A DNA stretch of 64,000 bases from Candidatus Sulfopaludibacter sp. SbA3 (GTDB lineage: Bacteria > Acidobacteriota > Vicinamibacteria > Vicinamibacterales > UBA2999): assembly GCA_945903265.1 (NCBI GenBank), contig CAMDNQ010000009.1:75664-139663 (forward strand). The letters are read 5' to 3'. A program made the translations under genes and the position numbers. This document shows, piece after piece, positions 52,337 through 61,221 of this stretch. The notes beneath the pieces are model-generated. The model saw only the letters and a program-made list of their open reading frames with translations. It was not told the DNA's origin and made no database searches. Within the stretch, counting starts at the first letter, position 1, and each line of letters starts with the position of its first letter.

Positions 52337-53277
52337 ATCTGCTTCCGCCGCCATCCGATGAGGTGCGAGTACTCCGCGCCAGCCTTGCGCAGTTCCACGC
52401 GCGACGGAACGGGATGGAGCCAGTACAACCGCTCGATGGCACGCCACAGCGTGGGGGATTCACCGTCTGCCCAGTCGCCCTGATGCAGGGAATAGAGGTA
52501 CCGGCAACCAGCCTCAAAGGCGTGCCGGACGTGCCGGCCGACGCGTTCGGACGTCATCTCCCGCAGCGCGAGGAGGTCCAGTGTGAGGTCGAGGCGAGGC
52601 GGACGCAGCGACGCCAGCGCCTCCTCCGGGGCGAAGATGAAATCCACGTTCTCCCAGTCGTGCCACAACGCGTCGGTGGACGATTCGCCGAAGAACCGGC
52701 AGCGCGCGCCTGGGAATGCGGTCATCAGATACACAGCGGAGACGAGAAACGTATCGGGATTCCCGGTGATCAGATAGGTCACGTTCGGGCAGACCGTCTT
52801 GAACTGGTAGGCGAAGCCGCCCCACCCGCCGCCGATCTCCCACACGATGCGGCGTGGCTGCTGCCGGAATGGGGGAAGTACCGCACCGTCCTGCAATGCA
52901 ACCAGCACACTGAAAAACCTCAGGGTGTCCTCGTTGCACCGGCCCTCGGTCGTGCGGCATCCGAAGCCGCCGAGGAACGAAGGCTCCTCGACGAAGAGGT
53001 CGCGGCCGACCTGCACGAAGAGGCGCTTCAGGTCCCGGCGAATCGCCTTTTCTATCCGCGACTCTGGGCTCTCATAGTCCGCGGCGGACGCACCGCCGAC
53101 CGGGTCGGCCCATCGGCGAAGCCCGGCGATCGTGTCTGGTGACGCATCCCACAACGGCGCGAGCGCGCGGGCGACCGCCAGCTCGGTATCAGTCCGCGCG
53201 GGCTTTCCAGGGCTGTCGAGGGCACCCATCCGGCGCGCCCAGTCGCGAACGCGGAGATAGTGCTCGTACGCGGTCAC
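52333..53277 (-). CDS. SAM-methyltransferase-like Rossmann protein (putative sugar methyltransferase), stand-alone copy
   Basis: GTG 53277 in a GTGA overlap with the upstream stop. VWEIGGGWGGFAYQFKTVCPNVTYLITGNP, DFIFAPE. Colinear homology to the C-terminal ~300 aa of 54948..57440. Confidence 0.7.
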   Translation of the reverse strand: MTAYEHYLRVRDWARRMGALDSPGKPARTDTELAVARALAPLWDASPDTIAGLRRWADPVGGASAADYESPESRIEKAIRRDLKRLFVQVGRDLFVEEPSFLGGFGCRTTEGRCNEDTLRFFSVLVALQDGAVLPPFRQQPRRIVWEIGGGWGGFAYQFKTVCPNVTYLITGNPDTFLVSAVYLMTAFPGARCRFFGESSTDALWHDWENVDFIFAPEEALASLRPPRLDLTLDLLALREMTSERVGRHVRHAFEAGCRYLYSLHQGDWADGESPTLWRAIERLYWLHPVPSRVELRKAGAEYSHLIGWRRKQI

Positions 53278-54011
53278 CAGCGCGCGAGCAGCAGCTGTTC
53301 GGTGCGGGTATCCCAGACGTGAAACCGCACATCCGTCTTTCCCAGGTATTCGAGCGTCGCGGTCGGTACTCCGGTGCACCGCGGCGACGAATAGTCGTCG
53401 ACGACGATGACGCCGCCCGGCGACAGCCGTCGTCCGAAATACTCCAGGCAGTCGAGCGTCGGCTTGTACAGATTGGTGTCGATGTGCACGAAGCGGTAGG
53501 CAGACTCGGGCAGGTGAACGAGCATGGCGCTCACGTCGCCCTGGTGGATCTGCATCTGCGTAAACGCCGAAAGGTACGCCACCACCTTTTTGTACTTCGC
53601 GCCTCCCCAATGGCCGGCCCCATGAAACGAATCGTGTGCGGTCACCGCGTCCGGGGGGTGGCCTTCGAACGTGTCGAAGACGTGCATTGGCACCTCGCTG
53701 CCCGTCAGCGAGAGAAATGTGCTGGCGATGAAATACGCGGAGCCGCCGCGATAGGCGCCGATCTCCGCCGCGGCGCCCGGTACGCGGACGACGTTATGGA
53801 CAGCCTGCCAGATCGCGTACAGCTTGTCGTACCCCATGACGGTCCGGCGTGACTTGATGATGGGCTCCGCCGCGTCAAAAAATGCGGCAGTAGGACGGTA
53901 CGCCGTGTCGATGCGGCGCCACTCCTTGCCAAGCGCGCGCGATCCCCAGTTGGCGGGGTCGCGCTTCGGCCGATCCGGCTCCGGGGCGGGAGTTACATCG
54001 TCTGAATCCAT
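53274..54011 (-). CDS. TylF/MycF-type (macrocin-O-methyltransferase-like) SAM-dependent O-methyltransferase
   Basis: ATG 54011 (MDSDDVT...). AAEIGAYRGGSAYFIA, VFDTFEGHP, FVHIDTNLYKPTLDCLEYFGRRLSPGGVIVVDDY. Confidence 0.8.
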   Translation of the reverse strand: MDSDDVTPAPEPDRPKRDPANWGSRALGKEWRRIDTAYRPTAAFFDAAEPIIKSRRTVMGYDKLYAIWQAVHNVVRVPGAAAEIGAYRGGSAYFIASTFLSLTGSEVPMHVFDTFEGHPPDAVTAHDSFHGAGHWGGAKYKKVVAYLSAFTQMQIHQGDVSAMLVHLPESAYRFVHIDTNLYKPTLDCLEYFGRRLSPGGVIVVDDYSSPRCTGVPTATLEYLGKTDVRFHVWDTRTEQLLLARW

Positions 54012-54012
54012 C

Positions 54013-54951
54013 TCACCTCGCTTGATCCGGCCGCTGCCGCCACACATACAATTTCTGGATCGTCATGCGCCAATCGGACTTCGGACGCTCGAGATCGCGC
54101 ACACACGACCACCAGAGCTGACTGCAGGCGTAGCGCAGCCCCGCGAGACGCCCGAATGCAGGCTGCCCTGCCCCCCGGATCGCAAAGTCCCACAGCAGCG
54201 TCGCGAAGTGCTGCACGTGGGCTGGCAGATAGACATACAGGGGCGCGCCGTTTGGGAAAAACACCTGCCGTTGCCGCCCGACGTCGAACACGCGCAGGAC
54301 CTCGCGATACCAGAGCACTTCCGGCAGCTGACGCACCTGCCCAAAGAGCGATAACGCCAGCAGCACCTGCCGGTCCGGTGTCGTCACGCGCCTGAAGACG
54401 CCCGCAGCATTCAGGGCCCGCACGCGTATCAGCCCGTAGATCATGTCGCCCGACAGCATGTAGCGCGCCGAGCGGCGCAGGCGTGCGGCCCGATTGCGCA
54501 TCCCGAACGTCTCGAAGGACTTGTCGGTCATGCGCCCATCGCCCGGCATCATGCGCATGTTCCTGACATACGCGAGCGCCACATCGGGGTGCGCGCCGAG
54601 AACCGCCACGAGCTCCTCCAGCCAGCGCGCGTGCCAGAGGTCATGGTCGCTGACCCACGCGAAATACTCGGCCCCGGGGTACTGCTGCGTGGCGCGCTCG
54701 AAGACGCGCCGCCAGTTGTCGACCATGCCGAGGCGCGTGTCGTTCGCCTCGTACCGCACCCGCCCGTCCTCGCGCGCATACGCTTCGGCAATCGACGTGG
54801 TCTCGGCGGATGGACGATCGTCCATGATGACCACTGCGAAATCGCGGTACGTCTGCGAGAGCAGCGATTCAAGTGCTCGCGCGAGCGTGTCCGGCCGGTT
54901 GTACGCCGGCAGTCCGAGCACCACGCGGGGCCCGGTCGCGCTGCCGGTCAT
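54013..54951 (-). CDS. family-2 glycosyltransferase (paralog of 51452..52336)
   Basis: ATG 54951 in an ATGA overlap. RVVLGLPAYNRPDTLARALESLLSQTYRDFAVVIMDDRPS, YFAWVSDHDLWHARWLE. Confidence 0.85.
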   Translation of the reverse strand: MTGSATGPRVVLGLPAYNRPDTLARALESLLSQTYRDFAVVIMDDRPSAETTSIAEAYAREDGRVRYEANDTRLGMVDNWRRVFERATQQYPGAEYFAWVSDHDLWHARWLEELVAVLGAHPDVALAYVRNMRMMPGDGRMTDKSFETFGMRNRAARLRRSARYMLSGDMIYGLIRVRALNAAGVFRRVTTPDRQVLLALSLFGQVRQLPEVLWYREVLRVFDVGRQRQVFFPNGAPLYVYLPAHVQHFATLLWDFAIRGAGQPAFGRLAGLRYACSQLWWSCVRDLERPKSDWRMTIQKLYVWRQRPDQAR

Positions 54952-57440
54952 ACGTGCAACCGCCGCCAGCCGAGGAAGTACGGCAGCGCGGCCGCCGAGT
55001 CCCGCGTCGTCAGGACAAGCCGTTTCGCCACGTAACCCGGAGACGACACCGGGTGCGGCCAGTAGAACCGTTCCAGGATTGTCTGCACACCGGATGAGGA
55101 GATGACATGCCGGCAGCCGAGAGCGTGCGCACTCCGCGCATGCAGGGTCGCTCGCTCGCTCGTCATGTCCGCGAGAGCCCCGCAATCCACTGTCAGGGCG
55201 AGCGCGGGAGGGTGCAGCTCGCCCGCGATCGATTCAGGCGCAAAGGCAAAGTCGACCGACTGCCAGTCATGCCAGAACGCGTCCGGCTGCTCCGCGTCGT
55301 AGACGCGGACCCGGGCGGCCGGAAACATCGCCGACAGATACACCGCCGACAGCAGCAGCTGCTCGGATGGTCCGGTCATCAGGTATGTGACGCCCGGGCA
55401 CAGCGTCTTGAAGTGAAACGCAAATCCGCCCCACCCCGCGCCAACCTCCCAGACCGTCTTCGGCGCGGCGGCCGTACGGAACTCGCCAAGCAGCGCCGCA
55501 TCCTGCAGCAGCGACAGCACACGGAAGTGCTGCAGCGTGTCCTCGTTGTACCGTTCGACACGGCCGTTGAACCCGAAGCCCCCGAGCACGGCCGGCTCGT
55601 CCACCCACAGCGTCGAGTCGCCTTTTTCGAGCAATAGACGCAGATGTCGATCGAGACGGTCCTTGAGCGGCGTGTTCGCCGGATCGTAATCACCCGCCCG
55701 TACACCCGTGATGGCCTCGCCACACTCGCGGAGCCGGACGACGGTATCCGGCGACGCCTCCCACAGCCCGGCGAGGGCGGTCCGCCGTTCCTGCTCCCGC
55801 GGCGTCAGCGCAGCGTCCGGCAGATCGGCTGCACGCAGGCCGCGCATGCCGTCGCGGATCCGGACGTACTGGGCGAAGACGGTATCGGCGGTTGCCTGCG
55901 TCCACACGGCATCCTCGTGCGTGCGCAGCTGTGCCGCCTTCTTCTTTCGCGCCTTGTCCTTCCGCTGCCGGAGCTGCTGGTCAACGGCGTCCGCTGATTG
56001 CTCCACCGCCGCGGCCGCGCCGGCGAGCGCCGGCCGGACAAGTGGGCTCCACCATGAGTTGCCGGCCGGCCTCCGTGTCCGAGCCGCAGCCTCGAGCGCC
56101 GCAACAAGCCTGGGCGCAGCCGGCTCGCCGATTCCATGCGGACGCACAAACGCCTCGACGAACCGCCGGCATGTCTCGCGATGCAGGGCGGGGTCCCGGA
56201 CCGATCGCTCGAGCTGCGCGACATGCTCCTCGAGACTCGATGCCACCTGCAGGACACCGTCCTTGGCGTTGCGCAGGTGGTGGAAGTGCAGCGTGCCGTC
56301 CTGGGTATCGCGGAACTCGGGGGCGTAGGCCGCGTGGACCGCACGCCCGACGATGGCACTCTCAATCTGGGCGCTGGTGTTCACGCCGACGACCGCCGCG
56401 CTGTGATAGATCGAGTCGTAATAGTCCGCCCGCGACTCTTCGTCCGCCGGGTTGGCTCCCTCTCGCGGCGAGATCGCGACGTTCCCGAGCGCGCTCAGGT
56501 CCGCGTCCCGCCAGGCGGCGGCATTCTGCGGGTGCGGACGCACCAGCACACCAGCGCCCCGAAGTATCTCGGATCGGTTTCGAATGTCCTCAATCCATGT
56601 CCGGACAAACGGCCCTTCGTCTGGCGCAATGAACCGTGAGGAGCAGAGATACAGGATGTACGGACGCCGCGGGTCCAGGCCGATGCGGGCGCAGAACGCG
56701 TCGCGATCGTCGCGTGGCGCCCAGCTGAACCAGTGGTCGTAGGCGACCGCGCCCGTGACCGCTACGCGGCTCGCCTGAACGCCGTGAAGTGTCGTGGCTT
56801 CGCGCTTCATCGGCTCGTTCCACACCGTCACCAGGTCGAGGGCATCGTGGATGAGCCCCTTGTTCGTGAGGTTGTCCCAGCTGTAGACGGACAGTGCGGT
56901 CGGAATGCCGAGCGACCGCGCCGCGCGCAGGTATTCGGACTGCGGCGACCCCGGCTCGACGAGCGGCGTGACGACCACGAGGTCGGGCCGCTGGTCGCGC
57001 ACGAACGCGGCAATCGCCTTATCCACCGGTACCGCACGATTGGCAATCCCAAGGAGCCGCGCGAGCATCGAACGACCGGCGGGCGTCGGCACCAGCCGCT
57101 GCCAGAATCCGGCTGATGCGAACAGCGGCATCTTCAGTTCCGCGCGGAGCCGCAGCTTCGGGGCGTTCCGGTATTCCGGCCGGAAGTATCGGAGATAGTC
57201 GAGCCCCTTGCGCAGCTCGATACCGAATCCGACCCACCGTGCCGACGCCGGGGCCGGCGGGCGTCCCTGCGTGAGACCGGGGTACTCGCGGCACAGACGT
57301 CCCAGCAGATCGGTGGGATCGAGATGCTCGTGCGTCTCCGCCACGATGTGCACCTGATGCCCGCGATCGGCCAGCAGCCGCAGCGTCGACTCGAAGTTCC
57401 GCGCGTAGATGTTGCTGCGCATGAAAAACAGGACGCGCAC
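54948..57440 (-). CDS. HP-family domain (copy 9) fused to a C-terminal SAM-methyltransferase-like domain
   Basis: GTG 57440 (VRVLFFMRSNIYARNFESTLRLLADRGHQVHI), 11 nt after the upstream TAG. VYSWDNLTNKGLI, VLVRPHPQNAAAW, VVGVNTSAQIESAIVGRAV. Basic linker QLRQRKDKARKKKAAQLR. C-terminal VWEVGAGWGGFAFHFKTLCPGVTYLMTGP (roughly 54948..55916) is homologous to 52333..53277. Confidence 0.8.
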   Translation of the reverse strand: MRVLFFMRSNIYARNFESTLRLLADRGHQVHIVAETHEHLDPTDLLGRLCREYPGLTQGRPPAPASARWVGFGIELRKGLDYLRYFRPEYRNAPKLRLRAELKMPLFASAGFWQRLVPTPAGRSMLARLLGIANRAVPVDKAIAAFVRDQRPDLVVVTPLVEPGSPQSEYLRAARSLGIPTALSVYSWDNLTNKGLIHDALDLVTVWNEPMKREATTLHGVQASRVAVTGAVAYDHWFSWAPRDDRDAFCARIGLDPRRPYILYLCSSRFIAPDEGPFVRTWIEDIRNRSEILRGAGVLVRPHPQNAAAWRDADLSALGNVAISPREGANPADEESRADYYDSIYHSAAVVGVNTSAQIESAIVGRAVHAAYAPEFRDTQDGTLHFHHLRNAKDGVLQVASSLEEHVAQLERSVRDPALHRETCRRFVEAFVRPHGIGEPAAPRLVAALEAAARTRRPAGNSWWSPLVRPALAGAAAAVEQSADAVDQQLRQRKDKARKKKAAQLRTHEDAVWTQATADTVFAQYVRIRDGMRGLRAADLPDAALTPREQERRTALAGLWEASPDTVVRLRECGEAITGVRAGDYDPANTPLKDRLDRHLRLLLEKGDSTLWVDEPAVLGGFGFNGRVERYNEDTLQHFRVLSLLQDAALLGEFRTAAAPKTVWEVGAGWGGFAFHFKTLCPGVTYLMTGPSEQLLLSAVYLSAMFPAARVRVYDAEQPDAFWHDWQSVDFAFAPESIAGELHPPALALTVDCGALADMTSERATLHARSAHALGCRHVISSSGVQTILERFYWPHPVSSPGYVAKRLVLTTRDSAAALPYFLGWRRLHV

Positions 57441-57451
57441 CGGTGTGCTCG

Positions 57452-59950
57452 CTATCGTGGAGGGGCCTCGGAGGACGTGACCGGCCCCTCGCCGCCCCGC
57501 ACGAAGAGTCCGTACCACACGACGTGCTCGCCCGACTTGCTCCTGACGCTCACCTTGGATTCAAGGCGGAGCCCGTGGCCTTCCAGCACGTCGCCCACGG
57601 CCGTTGAGAGCGCCGTCGACACTTCCACGAGCATCGTTCGCAGCTCGGGCGACGCGATCGCGCGGGATGCGCCGTCGAGCACCTCGAGTTCTCCGCCGTC
57701 GACGTCGAGCTTGATGTGATTCGGCTGCGGCAGCCCGAAGCGCTCCATCAGGTCGTCGAGCCGGTACATCATCACCGGCTGCTGATAGAGCGTGGGCCCA
57801 TCCTCCGGGGGGTCATAGCCCAGCACATGACGCGCGGCCCCCGGCTCGAGGTCGCGGAGGCTGAACACGTTCATCGCGGTCGTGCCCGACAGCGCGACGG
57901 GCATCGGCGTGATCTGTGCGTCCAGCTTGTTGAGCGCGATGTTCGCGCAGAGCGACGCGATGCTGGCGTAGCTCGCCTCGAACGCGAAGACCCGGGCGCC
58001 GCCGCCCGGCTTCATCGCCGCCACCAGCGAGTAGGCGCCGATATTGGCGCCGATGTCGTACAGCACCTCGCCCGGGGCAATGCGCCGATGAATCCAGTCG
58101 ACGGTAAAGGGCTCCTTGTGGCACGCGCGCAGCCGGAACTCCTCGCCCTTCGTGTGCACGCGCATGTAAATGTCCGCGTGCTCGTACTCGAGGCGTCTCG
58201 GAGGCGTGGCCGCGTGCAGCTCGATGAACGAGCTCGGCGGAAAGTGCTCCATCATCGAACTGAGCACCGTTCGCCGCCGCACCTCCCCCAGCGACTGGAA
58301 TGTCGATAACAGCAATTCCGTCTTCTGGTTCGCGTTGAGCCGCTCCTCAGGCCTGGCGGTTCGCGCGGCGTCTTCGACTCTGGCTTGCTCCGCCTGGCGG
58401 GCCTGCTGCGCCGCCACACGCGCCTTCCGTTTGGCTTGCCGCGCCGCCTTGGCGGCCTGCCGGGCGGCCTTCGCCTTGGCCGCCTTCTCCGTCTCGTGCG
58501 CGAGGATCGCCGCGCGTCCGGCGAGGCGCGACCTCAGGAGAGGCGTCCACGGCGGCAGCCGCACATGGGGACGGGTACGGGCCAGTTGCTCCAGCGCGTC
58601 GGCGAGCCGCGGCGTGGCAGGCACGTCCAGTCCGTTCGGGCGCACAAACGCTTCGACGAAGCTCCGGCACCGCGCCGCAGCGGCCGACGGAGGCTCGGCC
58701 AGCGCGGCGTCGAGCTGCGTGAGGTGCTCCTCGAAATTGCGGGCGGCCGTCACCACGCCGCCGCTGACTCGCTGCAGGTGATGAAAGTGCAGCGTGCCTT
58801 CCTGCGTGTCGCGGAATTCAGGCGCCAGGATGGTGAACACCGGCCGTCCGACGATGGCGCTCTCGATCTCTCCGGTGGTATTGATGCCGACGACGGCGCT
58901 GCTGTGAAAGATCGAATCGAAGTAGTCGCTGCGGCTGCCGGCGTCGACAGGCGCGGCGCCGGCGCGCGGCCAGACCGCCACGGCGCCAGCCTCCTCCAGG
59001 CTCTCCTGTTCCCAGAGTTCGGCATTCTGCGGATGCGGCCGCACGAGGATGCCCGCCTCGCGCACACGATCGGACGATGAGCGCCGGATCTGCTCGACCC
59101 ACGTCCGGATGAATGGCGGCTCGTTCGGAGCAACGAACTTCGACGAGCAGAGATACAGCACGAACGGCCGGTCGGCCGGCAGGCCGGCGCGCGCGCAGAA
59201 CTCCCCGCGTGTCGTCCGGGGCCGCCAGTCGAACCAGTGATCGAACGCGGCAGCCCCTGTGACGGCCACCTGTCCGGCTGGTACGCCGTGCAGCTCCACA
59301 GCCTCGCGCTTCATCGCGTCGTTCCAGACGGTGACGAGATCCACCGGGCCGTGAATCAAGCCCTTATTGGTCAGGTTGTCCCAGCTGGCGACGCAGAGGG
59401 CGGCCGGAATCCCGCGCGCGCGCGCGGCCCGGACGAATTCGGCCTGCGGCGCCCCCGGCTCGATGAGCGGCGTGACCGCGAGTACATCGGGGCGGATGTC
59501 CGCCAGGTACGCGTCGATAACCGGGTCAATCGGAATCGCCAGGTCCTGCGCCCGCAACCAGGCGGCCAGTGCGCGGCGGCCTGCGGCGGTACGAGCCGTC
59601 CCGTGCGTTGTCCGATCGAGGACGTACTGCGGCGCTTCGCGCAGTGCCCGCTGCCGCAGCTTGGGGGCGTCGTCGTATTCCGGCGTCAGGTAACGCAGAT
59701 AGTCCAGACCGAGGCGCAACTGGCGGCCGAGCAGACCCCAGCCATCCCGCCGCATCGGCATCCGGCCGTGTGTGAAGTTCGGATACCGGGCCGCCAGCTG
59801 CCCGGCAATGTCCGCGGGGTCGAGCTGCGCGTACTTCACGGTGCCCTGAAACGCGAGATGCACGTGGTGGCCGCGGTCGCACAACATCCGGAGCGTCGAC
59901 TCGAAGTTGCGGACATATCCCGCGTGCCGCATGACGAACAGCAGTTTCAT
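57452..59950 (-). CDS. HP-family domain (copy 10) fused to a C-terminal FkbM-family methyltransferase
   Basis: ATG 59950 in an ATGA overlap (MKLLFVMRHAGYVRNFESTLRMLCDRGHHVHL). VASWDNLTNKGLI, ILVRPHPQNAELW, VVGINTTGEIESAIVGRPV. Ala/Lys/Arg/Gln linker EKAAKAKAARQAAKAARQAKRKARVAAQQARQAEQAR. FkbM motifs VLYDIGANIGAYSL, VFAFEAS, HIKLDVDGGELEVLDGA. Confidence 0.82.
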   Translation of the reverse strand: MKLLFVMRHAGYVRNFESTLRMLCDRGHHVHLAFQGTVKYAQLDPADIAGQLAARYPNFTHGRMPMRRDGWGLLGRQLRLGLDYLRYLTPEYDDAPKLRQRALREAPQYVLDRTTHGTARTAAGRRALAAWLRAQDLAIPIDPVIDAYLADIRPDVLAVTPLIEPGAPQAEFVRAARARGIPAALCVASWDNLTNKGLIHGPVDLVTVWNDAMKREAVELHGVPAGQVAVTGAAAFDHWFDWRPRTTRGEFCARAGLPADRPFVLYLCSSKFVAPNEPPFIRTWVEQIRRSSSDRVREAGILVRPHPQNAELWEQESLEEAGAVAVWPRAGAAPVDAGSRSDYFDSIFHSSAVVGINTTGEIESAIVGRPVFTILAPEFRDTQEGTLHFHHLQRVSGGVVTAARNFEEHLTQLDAALAEPPSAAAARCRSFVEAFVRPNGLDVPATPRLADALEQLARTRPHVRLPPWTPLLRSRLAGRAAILAHETEKAAKAKAARQAAKAARQAKRKARVAAQQARQAEQARVEDAARTARPEERLNANQKTELLLSTFQSLGEVRRRTVLSSMMEHFPPSSFIELHAATPPRRLEYEHADIYMRVHTKGEEFRLRACHKEPFTVDWIHRRIAPGEVLYDIGANIGAYSLVAAMKPGGGARVFAFEASYASIASLCANIALNKLDAQITPMPVALSGTTAMNVFSLRDLEPGAARHVLGYDPPEDGPTLYQQPVMMYRLDDLMERFGLPQPNHIKLDVDGGELEVLDGASRAIASPELRTMLVEVSTALSTAVGDVLEGHGLRLESKVSVRSKSGEHVVWYGLFVRGGEGPVTSSEAPPR

Positions 59951-61221
59951 TCGACGCTGAGCAGTCCGTGCGAGACGAGCTGATCGACCAGCGGATACAG
60001 ATCCCAGACGGGTACGCCGCACTCGTCGGCGATGTCGACGAGCGACCTGGTTCCGTCGGCCCACGTAATCAGATTCAGAATCAGCGGCACCTGCGCTTCC
60101 GGCGTGGAGAGCTGCGCATAAAGCCCACGCGGTCCGAGCTGGGGCTCCCCAAGCACGGTGACGCGCGGAAAGCAGTGCCGCTCGATTGTTTCGAGCGCGA
60201 GCCGCACGGCGTTGTAGCCGCCGTCGAGTCCCGCCGGCGTCACCACATTCGCGAGGTCGTCCATCGAGGTGTGGTACTCGGGATACCGGTCGAACTTCGA
60301 GCGCATCATGCACGCGACCGGCAGGTCGATCCCTGGCGCGCAGTACTGGCGCTCGTCGCTTCCCCGATCGGCCCACCGATACGTCACGAACCCCGCATCG
60401 ACCCATGTGAGGACGTGTCTGGCGACCCGATCGCTGAGCGTGCCCCCGTTGCGCGACGGCAGGTACGCATAGCCACGCTCATCACCGATGCACGACAGGT
60501 TGAATCCGGCGATCACATGCGCCTTCAGCCAGTCGAGGTTCCGGCTGAGATACGTGATGGACCCGATGGTCTCGGGAACAAAAACGATGCGGTAGGAGTA
60601 CTTTCGTGCGGGGAGCGAACGCAGCCACTTGGCGAGAAAGGTCGTGACCGTCGGACCCGACAGCTCGTTGTTGGCCATCGAGGGATGGCACACGTAGGTC
60701 GACAGAAACACTTCCTGCGACGTGGCGCCGGGAATCAGCACTTCGCCGTAGGTCAGCGCGCCGTCGAAGAGCTCCGAGTCGATCACGACCCGGTACATCC
60801 CCTGCTGCAGCTGGATGCGCTGATTGTGGGAGAGGCAGAAGCCCCATCGCTCCTGGTAATACGACGTGATGAATGGAACAGCGTCGGGGCGGTCCGGCAG
60901 CGAGTGCAGGTGGGCGTTCAGCTCCTCGAGCGACAGCGTGCGGTCGACCGGAGTGCTGTAGCCGACCACGTGCAGGTTGTTCACCGCGAAATCACAGATG
61001 CGCCGGCCGTCGGGGGTCACGATGTAGGCCGCGCGAATCTTCCACTCACGGGGCACGACCCAGTCGAAGGCCCGCGTTCCCGTCGGCACCTCGTGCACCG
61101 TCAGCTCAGGCAGGTGCAGCCGCTGGATGATGCGAAGCGTCTCGCGCACGCCGTCGCCCGTGATGCTCCGATTGAGCGGCCACAGCGTCTGGGCGAGGCG
61201 GTGAATCTCCTCGCCGATCAC
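59947..61221 (-). CDS. aminopeptidase-like DUF2172/DUF4910-type protein associated with polysaccharide loci
   Basis: MIGEEIHRLAQTLWPLNRSITGDGVRETLRIIQ...LTVHEVPTGTRAFDWVVPREWKIRAAYI matches my recollection of the DUF4910 / aminopeptidase-like family N-terminus. The C-terminal end looks winged-helix-like. Confidence 0.7.
   Translation of the reverse strand: MIGEEIHRLAQTLWPLNRSITGDGVRETLRIIQRLHLPELTVHEVPTGTRAFDWVVPREWKIRAAYIVTPDGRRICDFAVNNLHVVGYSTPVDRTLSLEELNAHLHSLPDRPDAVPFITSYYQERWGFCLSHNQRIQLQQGMYRVVIDSELFDGALTYGEVLIPGATSQEVFLSTYVCHPSMANNELSGPTVTTFLAKWLRSLPARKYSYRIVFVPETIGSITYLSRNLDWLKAHVIAGFNLSCIGDERGYAYLPSRNGGTLSDRVARHVLTWVDAGFVTYRWADRGSDERQYCAPGIDLPVACMMRSKFDRYPEYHTSMDDLANVVTPAGLDGGYNAVRLALETIERHCFPRVTVLGEPQLGPRGLYAQLSTPEAQVPLILNLITWADGTRSLVDIADECGVPVWDLYPLVDQLVSHGLLSVE

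Noticed and set aside
58337-58495. GCC/AAG-rich low-complexity DNA that might be a microsatellite or slippage tract.
   Set aside because: It is in frame and encodes a coherent Ala/Lys/Arg/Gln helix linking two recognisable domains. The repeat is imperfect at the DNA level, so I treat it as a protein linker.
28715-59950. Whether the repeated ~1.5-kb units represent a DNA-level repeat array, CRISPR-like structure or mobile element.
   Set aside because: Similarity is at the protein-motif level, with extensive synonymous divergence even between the closest pair. There are no short direct repeats with spacers and no terminal inverted repeats. No transposase, integrase or recombinase ORFs were seen.
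59951-60406. 152-aa N-terminal extension of track ORF 57452..60406. Analogous extensions occur on 805..2046, 2641..3975, 5542..7362, 7257..8354, 18993..20252, 20120..21265, 30253..31572, 51452..52447, 52333..53610 and 54013..55185.
   Set aside because: The extensions are Arg-rich and overlap the 3' end of the preceding gene. In each case a start codon sits exactly at, or within a few nt of, the upstream stop (ATGA/GTGA). The conserved domain begins right after that start (for example MKLLFVMRHAGYVRNFES).
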